A stretch of DNA of 64,000 nt, from NCBI GenBank assembly GCA_965203515.1, contig OZ241907.1, positions 3,200,001 to 3,264,000 of the forward strand, written 5' to 3'. The notes below the pieces were generated by a model, which saw only the letters and a program-made list of their open reading frames with translations, was not told the DNA's origin and did no database searches. Below are positions 51,226-60,408 of the stretch, in pieces. How positions within the stretch are numbered: position 1 is the stretch's first letter; every line of letters starts with the position of its first letter. This stretch comes from Spirochaetia bacterium. GTDB taxonomy: Bacteria > Spirochaetota > Spirochaetia > SZUA-6 > Bin103. The position numbers and the translations under genes were made by a program.

Positions 51226-52312
51226 GGGCAAGGCACGCGGTGACGTGTATTCGGACTTGGCCATCCCCCCGGGCGAGACGCTGTCCGACGAGATCGCCTC
51301 GCGCGGCATGAGCCAGACGGAGCTGGCGGCGCGTCTGGGACGCCCGGTTCAGGTGGTAAACGAGATCGTGCATGGGAAGAAGGCGATCACCGACCACACT
51401 GCGATCGGCCTGGAGAAGGTTCTCGGCATACCGGCGGCGTTCTGGGTCAACTTGGAGCAGAACTACCGGATGACCAAAGCCAGGCTCCGCGAGCGAGCCG
51501 ACCTGCAGGCCGAGGAGGAATGGCTCCGGGAACTGCCCGTCAGCGAAATGCAGAAGCGCGGCTGGATAGCCGTCCGACGGGATGCGCAGGAGAAGGTGCG
51601 CGAATTGCTGCAGTTCTTCGGAGTGGCGAATGTCTCTGCCTATCGCAAGACGACCGCGGTGCTCGGCTTTCGCATCTCCGACAACGCCAAGGTGTCGCCC
51701 GGCGCCTTGGCTGCTTGGCTGCGCAAGGGAGAGCTGGAGGCGCAGACGATAGAGACCCGCGCATTCGACCCGGACCTGCTACTGGAGGCGGCTCGGCAGG
51801 CGCGCGCGATGACCGAATGTCAGCCGCAGGAGTTCGCCCCGCAGTTGCAGCAACTATTCGCCGACGCCGGGGTCGCGTTCGTCGTGATTCGTGAACTGCC
51901 CAAAACCCGCGCCAACGGCGTTGCCCGTTGGCTCACGAATCGGAAGGCTCTGATACAGTTGAATCTACGCTACAAATGGCAGGATATATTCTGGTTCACG
52001 TTGTTCCATGAAATCTGCCATGTCCTCAAACACAGCGCTCAGAAGATCATCATTGATGGGACCAATGAGAATGATAATAATGGGCCGCTTGAAGCCGAGG
52101 CGAATCGATGGGCGGCCGACTTCCTGGTACCGCGAGATGCCTGGTCGGAGTTTCGAAGCGGGCGCCGGTTCGAGAAGAGTAGCATTATTGCATTTGCTCA
52201 GCGGATGGGAATATCGCCCGGCATCGTCGTAGGACGTATGCATCGCGAGCGTCTCTTGAAGTATTCTGAAATGACAGAACTCAAGGGCCGCTTTGGATGG
52301 ACAAATGAATAG
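51215..52312 (+). CDS. HigA-family antitoxin fused to an ImmA/IrrE (M78) peptidase-like domain
   Basis: PPGETL..MSQTELAARLG..FWVNLE; FWFTLFHEICH; EAEANRWAADFL. Confidence 0.88.
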   Translation: MVTKGKARGDVYSDLAIPPGETLSDEIASRGMSQTELAARLGRPVQVVNEIVHGKKAITDHTAIGLEKVLGIPAAFWVNLEQNYRMTKARLRERADLQAEEEWLRELPVSEMQKRGWIAVRRDAQEKVRELLQFFGVANVSAYRKTTAVLGFRISDNAKVSPGALAAWLRKGELEAQTIETRAFDPDLLLEAARQARAMTECQPQEFAPQLQQLFADAGVAFVVIRELPKTRANGVARWLTNRKALIQLNLRYKWQDIFWFTLFHEICHVLKHSAQKIIIDGTNENDNNGPLEAEANRWAADFLVPRDAWSEFRSGRRFEKSSIIAFAQRMGISPGIVVGRMHRERLLKYSEMTELKGRFGWTNE

Positions 52313-52314
52313 GC

Positions 52315-52550
52315 GGGTTTCGCAAACCGCATTCGGACGTCGCACTCACACCGGGCCAAGTAGGCGCGTGGTTGTTCAAGCCGAGTACCGGCGCCGCCGG
52401 CACCGTGGTCGAGGAGATCCCGCTGGACGTCGAGGTTGGAACCTATCCGGCCGGGTTCGACGAGGTCACCGAATCGTTGTACAACGAATGGGTCGGAATC
52501 TCCAACCGCATCGAAGCGGCGCGAGCGGCGAAGGCGGATCGGCGCGGGTG
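52315..52550 (+). pseudogene. AAA ATPase C-terminal remnant
   Basis: SDVALTPGQVGAWLFKP..GTVVEEIPLD..YPAGFDEVTESLYNEWVGISNRIE; no start codon; stop overlaps the next GTG. Confidence 0.55.
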
Positions 52551-53021
52551 ACCTCGGCGCTCACCGGAATCGACGCGAAGATCGACTCCCGCTGCCTGAC
52601 CGCGGCGCTGAACAAGCAGGGTTGCGAAGTTGGCTCCGAAGGCTACCGGCACTGCGGCGGGTGATCGATATGGATCATCCCAACGCGCCGGTAGAGCGCG
52701 CGCGGAAGTGTGACTATCTGCTGCTGGCGAAAGAATCGAATCCCCGGAGGTTGTTGGTGATGCCGCTGGAGTTGAAGAGCACGGGGCTCGATCCTGCTTC
52801 GGTCCAGTCCCAACTGCAAGCCGGCGCGCAAGCAGCGGAAGGAATCGTCGCAAGGTATTTCTTCACCGCCCCGGTTCGTTCCGGTCGCCGTGCACGGCCG
52901 CGGCAAGATGCGTCGAAGGACGTTCAAGGAGCTGCACAAGAAGCGGATTCAGTTTCGTTCAGGAGAATTTCAGATCATGACGATGAACTGTGGAGATCCG
53001 TTGATCTGGGCGCTCGAATAG
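52547..53021 (+). pseudogene. Frameshifted small nuclease-like partner of an AAA ATPase
   Basis: VIDMD..RKCDYLLL..MPLELKS..QLQAGA (PD-(D/E)XK-like) with two apparent frameshifts. Confidence 0.55.
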
Positions 53022-53081
53022 CTGTAGTAAGCGGCCGTCATGCTGCGCACCGGTCGGCGTCACGGCCGGAGAAGCACGTCC

Positions 53082-53150
53082 TGGAGCGCGCGCAACCAGC
53101 CGCCCGAGGCGCCGCGAGAGGGTGTGGCGTAGCCGGCAGGGACCGCTGAC
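53082..53150 (+). repeat. Isolated 3'-end copy of the coiled-coil gene
   Basis: CTGGAGCGCGCGCAACCAGCCGCCCGAGGCGCCGCGAGAGGGTGTGGCGTAGCCGGCAGGG matches about 43934..43994. Confidence 0.8.
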
Positions 53151-53174
53151 CGCGAATCGCGACCATGTCGTCTA

Positions 53175-55307
53175 CTACTGATTGATCCATTCGTATATTT
53201 TCTCGCCGGCGGTGACGGTGTTATTGAACAAGGTGACGACCGGGGCGAGGCGCTGCAGACCGTCGAGCAGGCGCAGCAGTACCTGCCGTTCCACGATCAG
53301 GATGTCGCCGCTGCTCACCGGCGCGTCGAGCGCGGTGGTGCCCAGGCTGCGGCCGGTCTTGTCGACGAAGTGGATCAGCCCCAGTTCGGCCTCCCGCGTG
53401 ACGCCGCCGGCCCGCAGCAGGTAGTCGCGCACCGTCAGACCGAACTGGAACGGAATCACGCCGGGGCGGTTCACTTCGCCCAGCACGGTCACGAACACCT
53501 CGGCAGCCGGGATCACCACCATGTCGCGCGGCTCCAGCGGCAGATCGTCGCGCAGCCCGTCCCCGTCCCAGAGCGCTGCGGCGTCGAGCGCGATCCGCTC
53601 GCCGGCGCGCACCACGTAGCCTGATTCCGCGCGCGCGAACGGGGTGGGGCCGCCCACGGCGTACAGGGCGTCGTAGGCGGTCATGCCGGGAAAGAACGGC
53701 AGGATCGTCCGTACCGGCGCCGGCGCGGGCAGGCCGGCGTTCAGCGCCGGCGTGTCGGGCGGCAGCGCGGCCGGCAGCGCGATCGGCCCCTCGCCGTCGA
53801 TCGGCTTTCCGTACACCGCGCCTTCGACCACGATCGCCGAGCCGGAGCCGTAGCTCGACAGCACGCGCACCACCGCCGTGTCGTCCAGCGTCACCAGCAT
53901 CGCTTCCTCGAAGGTCACCGCCATCGACGCGTACCGTCCGTCCGGGTCGGGCTGGCGTACCATGACGCGCCGGCGGTTGGCGTACGGCGTCGGCCCGCCG
54001 GCCTGGTTCATCAGGTCCGCCACCGTCGCGCCGCGCAGCAGCTCGTACTCGCCCGGCAGCTCGACCGCCCCGGAGATGGAGACGGTGACGCGGGCGATCG
54101 GCGCCACCACCCGGTCCTCGGCCCGCAACGCGACGTCGGGCTGGGCGCCGTCCCAGACCGCGGCCGCGTCGAACGGCACCCGTTCGGCGTCGGCGCGGAT
54201 GATGAAGCCGGCGTCCGCCGCCGCGTACGGCGTGGGGCCGCCGAGCGCGGCCATCGCCTGCCGCAGGGTCAACCCCGTCGAGTAGGGGAGCGTCGCCTCG
54301 ACCGGCTCCTTGGGAATCGTGATCGTCGCGTCGCCGTCCTGAGGGCCGCGCTGCGGAGCGCCGTAGAACGCGCCGGACAGAATCACCGGGTCGATGTGCC
54401 GGTTCGTGGAGCCGACCACGATCGCGTCGTGGTGCCGCAGCGGAATGCGGTCCGCGTCCTCGAACGCCACCGTCGTACGGCCGAACGAGCCGGGCTCCGG
54501 ATAGCCGCTGATCTCGATGTGGTCCGGGTCGGCATCCGGCAGCAGCCCGCCCGCCCAGGCGATCAGCCCGGCCAGCCCTTCGGCAGGAAGCAGCTCGTAC
54601 GATCCGGGATACCGGACGCTGCCGGCGATGGTGACCGTAGTCTCCGCGACCGGCACGAACACGCGGTCGCCGGGCCGCAGCAACGGGTTGAATTCGTCCA
54701 CTCCGACCTCGAAGAAGCGGGCCAGGTCGATGCGCTGCGACTCCCCGCCGGCGCGGTCCAGCTCGATCAGCCGGCGGCTGCCGTGGTCGTCGAAGCCGCC
54801 GGCCAGCCGGATGGCGTCGTGCACGCGGTTGATGGCGTGCATGATCAGGGTGCCGGGGGAGCGGACCGCCCCGCCCACGAACACCTCGAACCGCGCCGGG
54901 GAGATCAGCTCGAACTCCACGTAGTCGGCAGGGAGGGAGTTCAGCTGGTCGAGGATGGAGTTGCGCAGGCGCGAATACTCCTGTCCGGCCGTCTCCACCG
55001 TGCCGACGTAGGGAACCTTGAGGTCGCCGTCGTCCTGGACGGTCAGGGTGTACTGCGCGGTCTGCGGGAGCGCGATCGTCAGCCGGTAGCGGTCCCCCGG
55101 CGTGACCAGGTAGCGCTGGGAGCTGAGCAGCGCGGCCAGCATCTCGGCTTCGGAGAGCGCCGCCGGCTCCGGGATGCGCTGGCCGAACGCGACGGCCGCT
55201 CCGCCGCCGGGCGACGCGCCGGCGTCGTCCTGCGCGGCCGCGTGCAGGACCGCGCACAGGGCCAGGAACAGCGTCAGAAGGGGGGAGAGCGTACGGGGCT
55301 TGATCAT
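53175..55307 (-). CDS. SLBB-domain polysaccharide export protein (Wza-like)
   Basis: Signal peptide, YLVTPGD, VPYVGTV, repeated V.GAV..PG.Y..AGG SLBB units. Confidence 0.88.
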   Translation of the reverse strand: MIKPRTLSPLLTLFLALCAVLHAAAQDDAGASPGGGAAVAFGQRIPEPAALSEAEMLAALLSSQRYLVTPGDRYRLTIALPQTAQYTLTVQDDGDLKVPYVGTVETAGQEYSRLRNSILDQLNSLPADYVEFELISPARFEVFVGGAVRSPGTLIMHAINRVHDAIRLAGGFDDHGSRRLIELDRAGGESQRIDLARFFEVGVDEFNPLLRPGDRVFVPVAETTVTIAGSVRYPGSYELLPAEGLAGLIAWAGGLLPDADPDHIEISGYPEPGSFGRTTVAFEDADRIPLRHHDAIVVGSTNRHIDPVILSGAFYGAPQRGPQDGDATITIPKEPVEATLPYSTGLTLRQAMAALGGPTPYAAADAGFIIRADAERVPFDAAAVWDGAQPDVALRAEDRVVAPIARVTVSISGAVELPGEYELLRGATVADLMNQAGGPTPYANRRRVMVRQPDPDGRYASMAVTFEEAMLVTLDDTAVVRVLSSYGSGSAIVVEGAVYGKPIDGEGPIALPAALPPDTPALNAGLPAPAPVRTILPFFPGMTAYDALYAVGGPTPFARAESGYVVRAGERIALDAAALWDGDGLRDDLPLEPRDMVVIPAAEVFVTVLGEVNRPGVIPFQFGLTVRDYLLRAGGVTREAELGLIHFVDKTGRSLGTTALDAPVSSGDILIVERQVLLRLLDGLQRLAPVVTLFNNTVTAGEKIYEWINQ

Positions 55308-56584
55308 CTTCGCAGTCCGATCTCGTCGCGGATGGCGTCGAGTTGGCGCCGCTGGGCCGGGTCGCCCGCGGCGCGCTTGAAGTACTCCAGGGTGAACGCG
55401 GCCAGCACCGACGCCATGAAGGCGGCCAGCGTGCCGATGATGCAGATCAGGGAGCGGCGCGGCCGGCTCTTGCGGAGCGGCACCTCTACCGGCTCGACGA
55501 TCTGGAAGGATGCATCCTGGGCGCTCTCCTCGATGCGCGCGCTTTCGAACTGCGAACGGAGGAAGGAGAGGATCGTGTCGTGCACGCCCAGCTCCGTCGC
55601 CAGGTCGAGGTAGTCTTTGCTCAACTCCGGCAGGGCGCTCAGCGGCGTGTCCGCCTTCCCGAACTCCTTGAAGCCGCTCTCGATCTCCCGGATGAGCGCG
55701 CGCAGCTTGTCGACCTCGCTCCGCAGCCGTCGCACGCCCGCGTTGTTCTCTCCCAGCAGGTCGATCTGCGAGGAGAGATCCGCTTCCTTGCGGTACAGGT
55801 CGGTCTTGAGCGAAGTGACCTGCTGGATCGTCGACTCCCATTGGGCGGTCGGGTTGGCCATTCCGTGCTCGGTCTGGAAGTCGATCAGCTTGTCTTGCGC
55901 CGCCGTGCGCTCCCGCTCGACGGCGGCCATCCGCTCTTTCAGGAACTCCTTGCGCAGGCGCACGCGATCGATCGTCAACGCGTGCACCTTTTCGCGGAGC
56001 TGCTCCACCGCGAACTCCAGGCCGGCGGCCGCCCGTGCGGCAACGAAGTGATCGTAGGAGATCACCAGCAGGCCGGAGTCGATCCGGAAATCGGTCGTCA
56101 GGTTGGCCTGCAGCCGGTTCCGCGCGTCGAGGATGTCGGCGCCGTCGGACGCGTCGGTGACGAACTCCTGCTGCCGGGCGAGCGCGTCCAGGACCGTCCG
56201 GCCGAGCAGGATCTCCTGGGCCCGGTTGGCGTCCGTGCTCGTACCGGTCGCCAGCAGACCCGCGAAGTCGGCCAGGCCGCCGCCGGCGGGAACTTGGCTG
56301 AGCAGGCTGGCGGCGGCCGAGCCGTAGTCGGGCGCGTCGTCGGAGATCATCACCGTGACGCTGGCGGTATATCGGTCGGGCAGCAGGTTCAGCGGGGACT
56401 CCGCGGGAATGACCCTCGCGGCGAGGTTGTAGGCGACCAGGACCGCCGCCGCGATGCCGGTGGTGAGCGCGATGACCCGCCGGCGGCGGACCAGGATCAA
56501 GATCAGGTCCAGGACCGTGAAGGCATCGTCCCGGACGGCCTCCGCGCCCGCCGCGGCGGACGGAGGCTCCTGCGGTTCGCTCAT
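55304..56584 (-). CDS. Wzz/Wzc-like polysaccharide co-polymerase (no kinase domain)
   Basis: Two TM segments flanking a coiled coil; P..KSRPRRSLI motif before TM2. Confidence 0.88.
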   Translation of the reverse strand: MSEPQEPPSAAAGAEAVRDDAFTVLDLILILVRRRRVIALTTGIAAAVLVAYNLAARVIPAESPLNLLPDRYTASVTVMISDDAPDYGSAAASLLSQVPAGGGLADFAGLLATGTSTDANRAQEILLGRTVLDALARQQEFVTDASDGADILDARNRLQANLTTDFRIDSGLLVISYDHFVAARAAAGLEFAVEQLREKVHALTIDRVRLRKEFLKERMAAVERERTAAQDKLIDFQTEHGMANPTAQWESTIQQVTSLKTDLYRKEADLSSQIDLLGENNAGVRRLRSEVDKLRALIREIESGFKEFGKADTPLSALPELSKDYLDLATELGVHDTILSFLRSQFESARIEESAQDASFQIVEPVEVPLRKSRPRRSLICIIGTLAAFMASVLAAFTLEYFKRAAGDPAQRRQLDAIRDEIGLRR

Positions 56585-56734
56585 CGGGTACCCCTCCTAG
56601 AGTCGGGATGTTGGGCGCGCGACTTGACGCGGCCCGCCGGGAGCGGGACCCGGTCGGGCCGGATTGAAGCGCGGGAGCCGGCCGAGCGCTATCTTTGGCA
56701 GGAGGCGCCGCGTGTATACTGGAGACGAGGCTGC

Positions 56735-57103
56735 ATGATGCCGCTGGGAACCGCCGAGCTCGAACAGATCGATGCGTACGTACGGTCCAACGTACGGGAA
56801 TGGGTGGAGGAGTGCGTCGAATCGCGGCTTCTGGAACGGATGACCCGCGTGGAACACGAACTCAAGCTGCAACGCGAGGTCATGATCGAACGCTTCAAGG
56901 CGGTCGACGAACGCTTCAAGGCGGTGGACACGCGTTTCGCGGACATGCAGGCGAGCATGGACAACCGCTTCCATGACATGCAGATCAGCATGGACCGACG
57001 GTTCGAGGATATGCACAGACGGTTCAACGGCCTGCAGTGGATGATCGGCGGCGGCGTCGTGCTGCTGGCGACCATGATGTCGCTCTACCGATTCTTGGGA
57101 TGA
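56735..57103 (+). CDS. Short coiled-coil protein with C-terminal membrane anchor (DUF1640/Bdr-like architecture)
   Basis: RFKAVDERFKAVDTRFADM..MDNRF..MDRRFEDM repeats, then WMIGGGVVLLATMMSLYRFLG. Confidence 0.75.
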   Translation: MMPLGTAELEQIDAYVRSNVREWVEECVESRLLERMTRVEHELKLQREVMIERFKAVDERFKAVDTRFADMQASMDNRFHDMQISMDRRFEDMHRRFNGLQWMIGGGVVLLATMMSLYRFLG

Positions 57104-58065
57104 CCGGCTCGGGTGAAGCCGAGCGCCGGAAGCCGCGCTTCGGCGGCGCGGATCTTCTCCTCGGTGCCCAGGTCGGTCCAGTAGCCGTCGGCCGGCACCG
57201 CCACCATGCGGCCGTCGGCGGCGACCCGCCCGTACAGTGACTCGTACTTCACCGCGCCTTCGTGCGCGGCGTAGTCGAGCTCGCCGCGCTCCAGCGCCTG
57301 CGAGGTGCGCACCATCGCGTCGCTGAGGTAGCGGGCGAACAGACGGCGCGGGTTGGGGACGATGGAGAACCCGGAGTTGATCGGCGTCCACCGCCGGCCG
57401 GCCCGCTGCAGGAATCGATTGCGCTCCTTCGGCGCCTTTTCCCGGAACCCACGCACCAGGCCGCTCGGTTCGTCCAGGTCCAGGGCGCCGTAGTCGCTCG
57501 ACTCCTCCCAGGGCACCAGCGCGGCGACGACGATCACGCTCTCCTCCGCGTCGAGGCCGCAGGCGGCCGCGCGCTCCAGGCCCTGCCGGTAGCATTGGTA
57601 CAGGTCGGCGTCGAGCAGGTTGTCCCCGTTGGCGTAGACGACCGGACGCGCCGGCAACCGGCCGGCGGCGTGCAGCTTCACGATCGGGGCGATGGTGCCG
57701 GCCGGGCGCGCCTCGATCAGGACCTCCACCGGCAGGCCGCGGTAGCGGCCGCCGTGCGCGGCGCGAACGTGGCGCCGCAGCAGCGCGCCGCCCGCTCCGG
57801 CCGCCAGGACGACCCGCTCCACCCGGCCGCAGGCCGCGTGGATGTCGAGGTGCCACTCGATCATCGGCTTCACCGGCCCAGCGCTCCCGGCGCCTCCGGC
57901 GCGCATCGACGCCAGCGCCTTGGGGCCGGCGGCGCCCCACGCGCCGGCCGGCAGGTGGGGGTGCGTGTCGCGGTCGAGCCGCTTGCGCGTCTCGGCCAGC
58001 CGGGTGCCCCGGCCGCCGGCCAGGACGATCGACCAGAGGGTCTCCGCCGCCGCGGGCGCCCGCAC
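57085..58065 (-). CDS. Sugar-phosphate nucleotidyltransferase
   Basis: VLAGGRGTRL, GPKAL, NGDNL, FREKAP, YWTDLGT. Confidence 0.85.
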   Translation of the reverse strand: MRAPAAAETLWSIVLAGGRGTRLAETRKRLDRDTHPHLPAGAWGAAGPKALASMRAGGAGSAGPVKPMIEWHLDIHAACGRVERVVLAAGAGGALLRRHVRAAHGGRYRGLPVEVLIEARPAGTIAPIVKLHAAGRLPARPVVYANGDNLLDADLYQCYRQGLERAAACGLDAEESVIVVAALVPWEESSDYGALDLDEPSGLVRGFREKAPKERNRFLQRAGRRWTPINSGFSIVPNPRRLFARYLSDAMVRTSQALERGELDYAAHEGAVKYESLYGRVAADGRMVAVPADGYWTDLGTEEKIRAAEARLPALGFTRAGHPKNR

Positions 58066-58070
58066 CGGCC

Positions 58071-59291
58071 TCAGGTCCCGGAGGAGATCGCCAGCGGCTC
58101 GTCGCGCGGCTGGTCGACCAGCGGCCGGCAGCCGCCGGACTCGATCACGAAGGAGCGTTCGACGTGCACGGAGGCCGCGCCGGCCGCCCAGAGCGGCGCT
58201 TCCAGGTTGATCACCATGCCGGCCTCCAACGGCAGGTCGGCCGGCCGGCTGACGAAGTCGTCCTCGATGCGCAGCCCGGTGTCGGGGACCAGGATCGGGT
58301 AGTCGCGCACCTCCAGGCCGATGCCGTGGCCGTGCGGGAAGCCGGTCAGGCCGGCCGCCGCCAGGGACGCGCGCATCGCCGCCGCCGCCGCGGACGCCGG
58401 CCGGCCCGGCGCCAAGCGTTCCACGCCGGCCAGCAGCGCGTCCCGAGCCGCCGCCTGCCGCCGGCGGCAGGCCTGGTCGGGCGGGCCGAAGGCGATGGTG
58501 TGGCCGGTGTCGGAGAACCAGGACCGCAGCCGGCAGCCGTGGTCGAAGGCCATTGAGCCGCGCTCCGGCAGGCGGTAGTCGGCGTCGGTGGCCAGGCCGT
58601 AGCCGGTGGGGCTGCCGGAGAAGTGGTCGAGGTCGGCGCCGTGCTCGGCCAGCCGCAGGCGGTACAGGTCGGAAAGCTCCCGCCAGCTCGATCCCACGCA
58701 CGCCACGGCCAGCGTTTCCGCGGCCGCGTACTCGGCCGCTTCGGCGGCGCGTTCGAGCTGGGCGATCTGCGGCGCCGACTTCACCATGCGGCTCAGACGG
58801 AGCAGGTTGGTGCAGTCGCCGAGCCGGCGCCCGCCGGCGGCGATCCGCTCCCAGGCGCCGGCTGCCAGCGACTCGCGCTCTACGCCGATGCGAGCGCCGG
58901 CGCCGGCGCCGTCCAGCAGGGCCGCCAGCGCGTCGGCCCGCGTCGCGTACCGCGGGCGGCGGGCGAAGGCGTCCGCCACCGCCCGGAAATCGGCCGGCAG
59001 GTCATGCGGAGCGCCCTCGTCTCCTCCCCACACGACGATCCGGTCGGCGCGCGCGCCGGCGGCGTTGGCCGCCATCTCGGCGGCGGTCAGCAGGGTCACC
59101 TCTCCCTCGATCGTGAGGAGCACCAGCGCCTGCTGCAGCGCCGGCGATCCGCCCGGCCGCATCATGTGCTCCCGGAAGAGCGGGTCGAGCCAGTTGCGGT
59201 AGTCGGCCAGATCGGCCACCGAGGCCGGGGAGGTGCCGACCAGCACGTCGATCCCGCACGCGCGCATCTCGTCGAGCGTTCGCGCTACCAT
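58071..59291 (-). CDS. M24 Xaa-Pro peptidase family protein
   Basis: RMVKSAPQI, FDHGC..WFSDTGHT, HGHGIGLEV, GMVINLE, HVE. Confidence 0.85.
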   Translation of the reverse strand: MVARTLDEMRACGIDVLVGTSPASVADLADYRNWLDPLFREHMMRPGGSPALQQALVLLTIEGEVTLLTAAEMAANAAGARADRIVVWGGDEGAPHDLPADFRAVADAFARRPRYATRADALAALLDGAGAGARIGVERESLAAGAWERIAAGGRRLGDCTNLLRLSRMVKSAPQIAQLERAAEAAEYAAAETLAVACVGSSWRELSDLYRLRLAEHGADLDHFSGSPTGYGLATDADYRLPERGSMAFDHGCRLRSWFSDTGHTIAFGPPDQACRRRQAAARDALLAGVERLAPGRPASAAAAAMRASLAAAGLTGFPHGHGIGLEVRDYPILVPDTGLRIEDDFVSRPADLPLEAGMVINLEAPLWAAGAASVHVERSFVIESGGCRPLVDQPRDEPLAISSGT

Positions 59292-59297
59292 CGGCCG

Positions 59298-60116
59298 ATG
59301 CTCCCTGTCCCGCGGCGGCTGGTGCTGGGCGGCCTGGACTGTCTGCTGCTTGCGCCGCCGGCCGGACGCGCCGCCGGCTTGGCCGTCTTCTGCCATGGGT
59401 TCGGCGCTCCCGGCAACGATCTGGCGCCTCTGGGCGCGGACCTGTTCGGCTCCGCAGGGATAGCGGCGGCAGGGATCGGGGCGGCCGCAGGGAGCGGGGC
59501 GGCCGCAGGGAGCGGGGCGGCGGCAGGGAGCGGGGCGGCGGCAGGGTCCGGGGAACTGGCGATGCTCTTGCCGGCGGCGCCCTTGTCGCTGGCCGCCGAA
59601 GGTCTGCCGGACGGCCGCGCGTGGTGGCCGCTCGACATGTCGCGGCTGCAGACCGGTGCGCCGCTCGATGCGGGGGAGATGGCGCGCCTGGAGCCGGCCG
59701 GTTCGGGCGAGGCCGCCGCCGCGCTGGGCGAGGCGGCCGCCGCCTGCGCCGAACGGCTCCGCCTGGAGCCGCGCCGCGTGGTGCTGGGCGGGTTCTCGCA
59801 GGGCGCGATGGTGGCCGCCGACTGCGCGTTCCGCTCGGGCCTCCCCTGGGCGGGGCTGTGCCTGTGGTCGGGCGCGCCGCTGCACCTGGCGCGCTGGCGG
59901 CGCCAAGCCGAGTCGCTGGCCGGCCGGCCGGTCCTGCAGACCCACGGACGCCTGGATCCGATCCTGCCGTTCGACGGCGCGGAGGCGGTACGCGACACGT
60001 TGACGGCCGCCGGCATGGTGGTCGACTTCCGCCCGTTCATGGGCGGACACACGATACCGCCGGAGGCGCTGGCCGCGTTGCCGGGGTTCCTGCGGACCGC
60101 CTGCGGGCTGGAGTGA
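59298..60116 (+). CDS. Phospholipase/carboxylesterase (alpha/beta hydrolase)
   Basis: CHGFGAPGNDL, RAWW, GGFSQGAM, HGRLDPILP, GGHTIP. Confidence 0.88.
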   Translation: MLPVPRRLVLGGLDCLLLAPPAGRAAGLAVFCHGFGAPGNDLAPLGADLFGSAGIAAAGIGAAAGSGAAAGSGAAAGSGAAAGSGELAMLLPAAPLSLAAEGLPDGRAWWPLDMSRLQTGAPLDAGEMARLEPAGSGEAAAALGEAAAACAERLRLEPRRVVLGGFSQGAMVAADCAFRSGLPWAGLCLWSGAPLHLARWRRQAESLAGRPVLQTHGRLDPILPFDGAEAVRDTLTAAGMVVDFRPFMGGHTIPPEALAALPGFLRTACGLE

Positions 60117-60122
60117 GCGGGG

Positions 60123-60338
60123 TCAGTCGGAGCCCTGCGCTGCAGCCGGGGCGAACAGCCGCATCGCCCCCTGCACGAGTGCATCCAGCACGAACCACGT
60201 AGCCAGGAACGCGACGCATTCCAGCGCGAAGCTGCCGAACTTGTAGAACAGCTCGGCGGTCAGAAAGGCGATCCCCGCGACCGGGAGCTGCCGTGCCAGC
60301 AGGTTCCCGGCGCCGAGGGTCTTGATCAGTTGAAACAT
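60123..60338 (-). CDS. Small membrane protein
   Basis: 71 aa; AFLTAELFYKFGSFALECVAFLATWFVLD; GAGG RBS. Confidence 0.7.
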   Translation of the reverse strand: MFQLIKTLGAGNLLARQLPVAGIAFLTAELFYKFGSFALECVAFLATWFVLDALVQGAMRLFAPAAAQGSD

Positions 60339-60408
60339 CGACGCACCTCGTGCAGGGACGGTAGCCCGGAACGGCGGTCGATCGCCAGCGCCGCGCCGCT
60401 CGCGCGGT

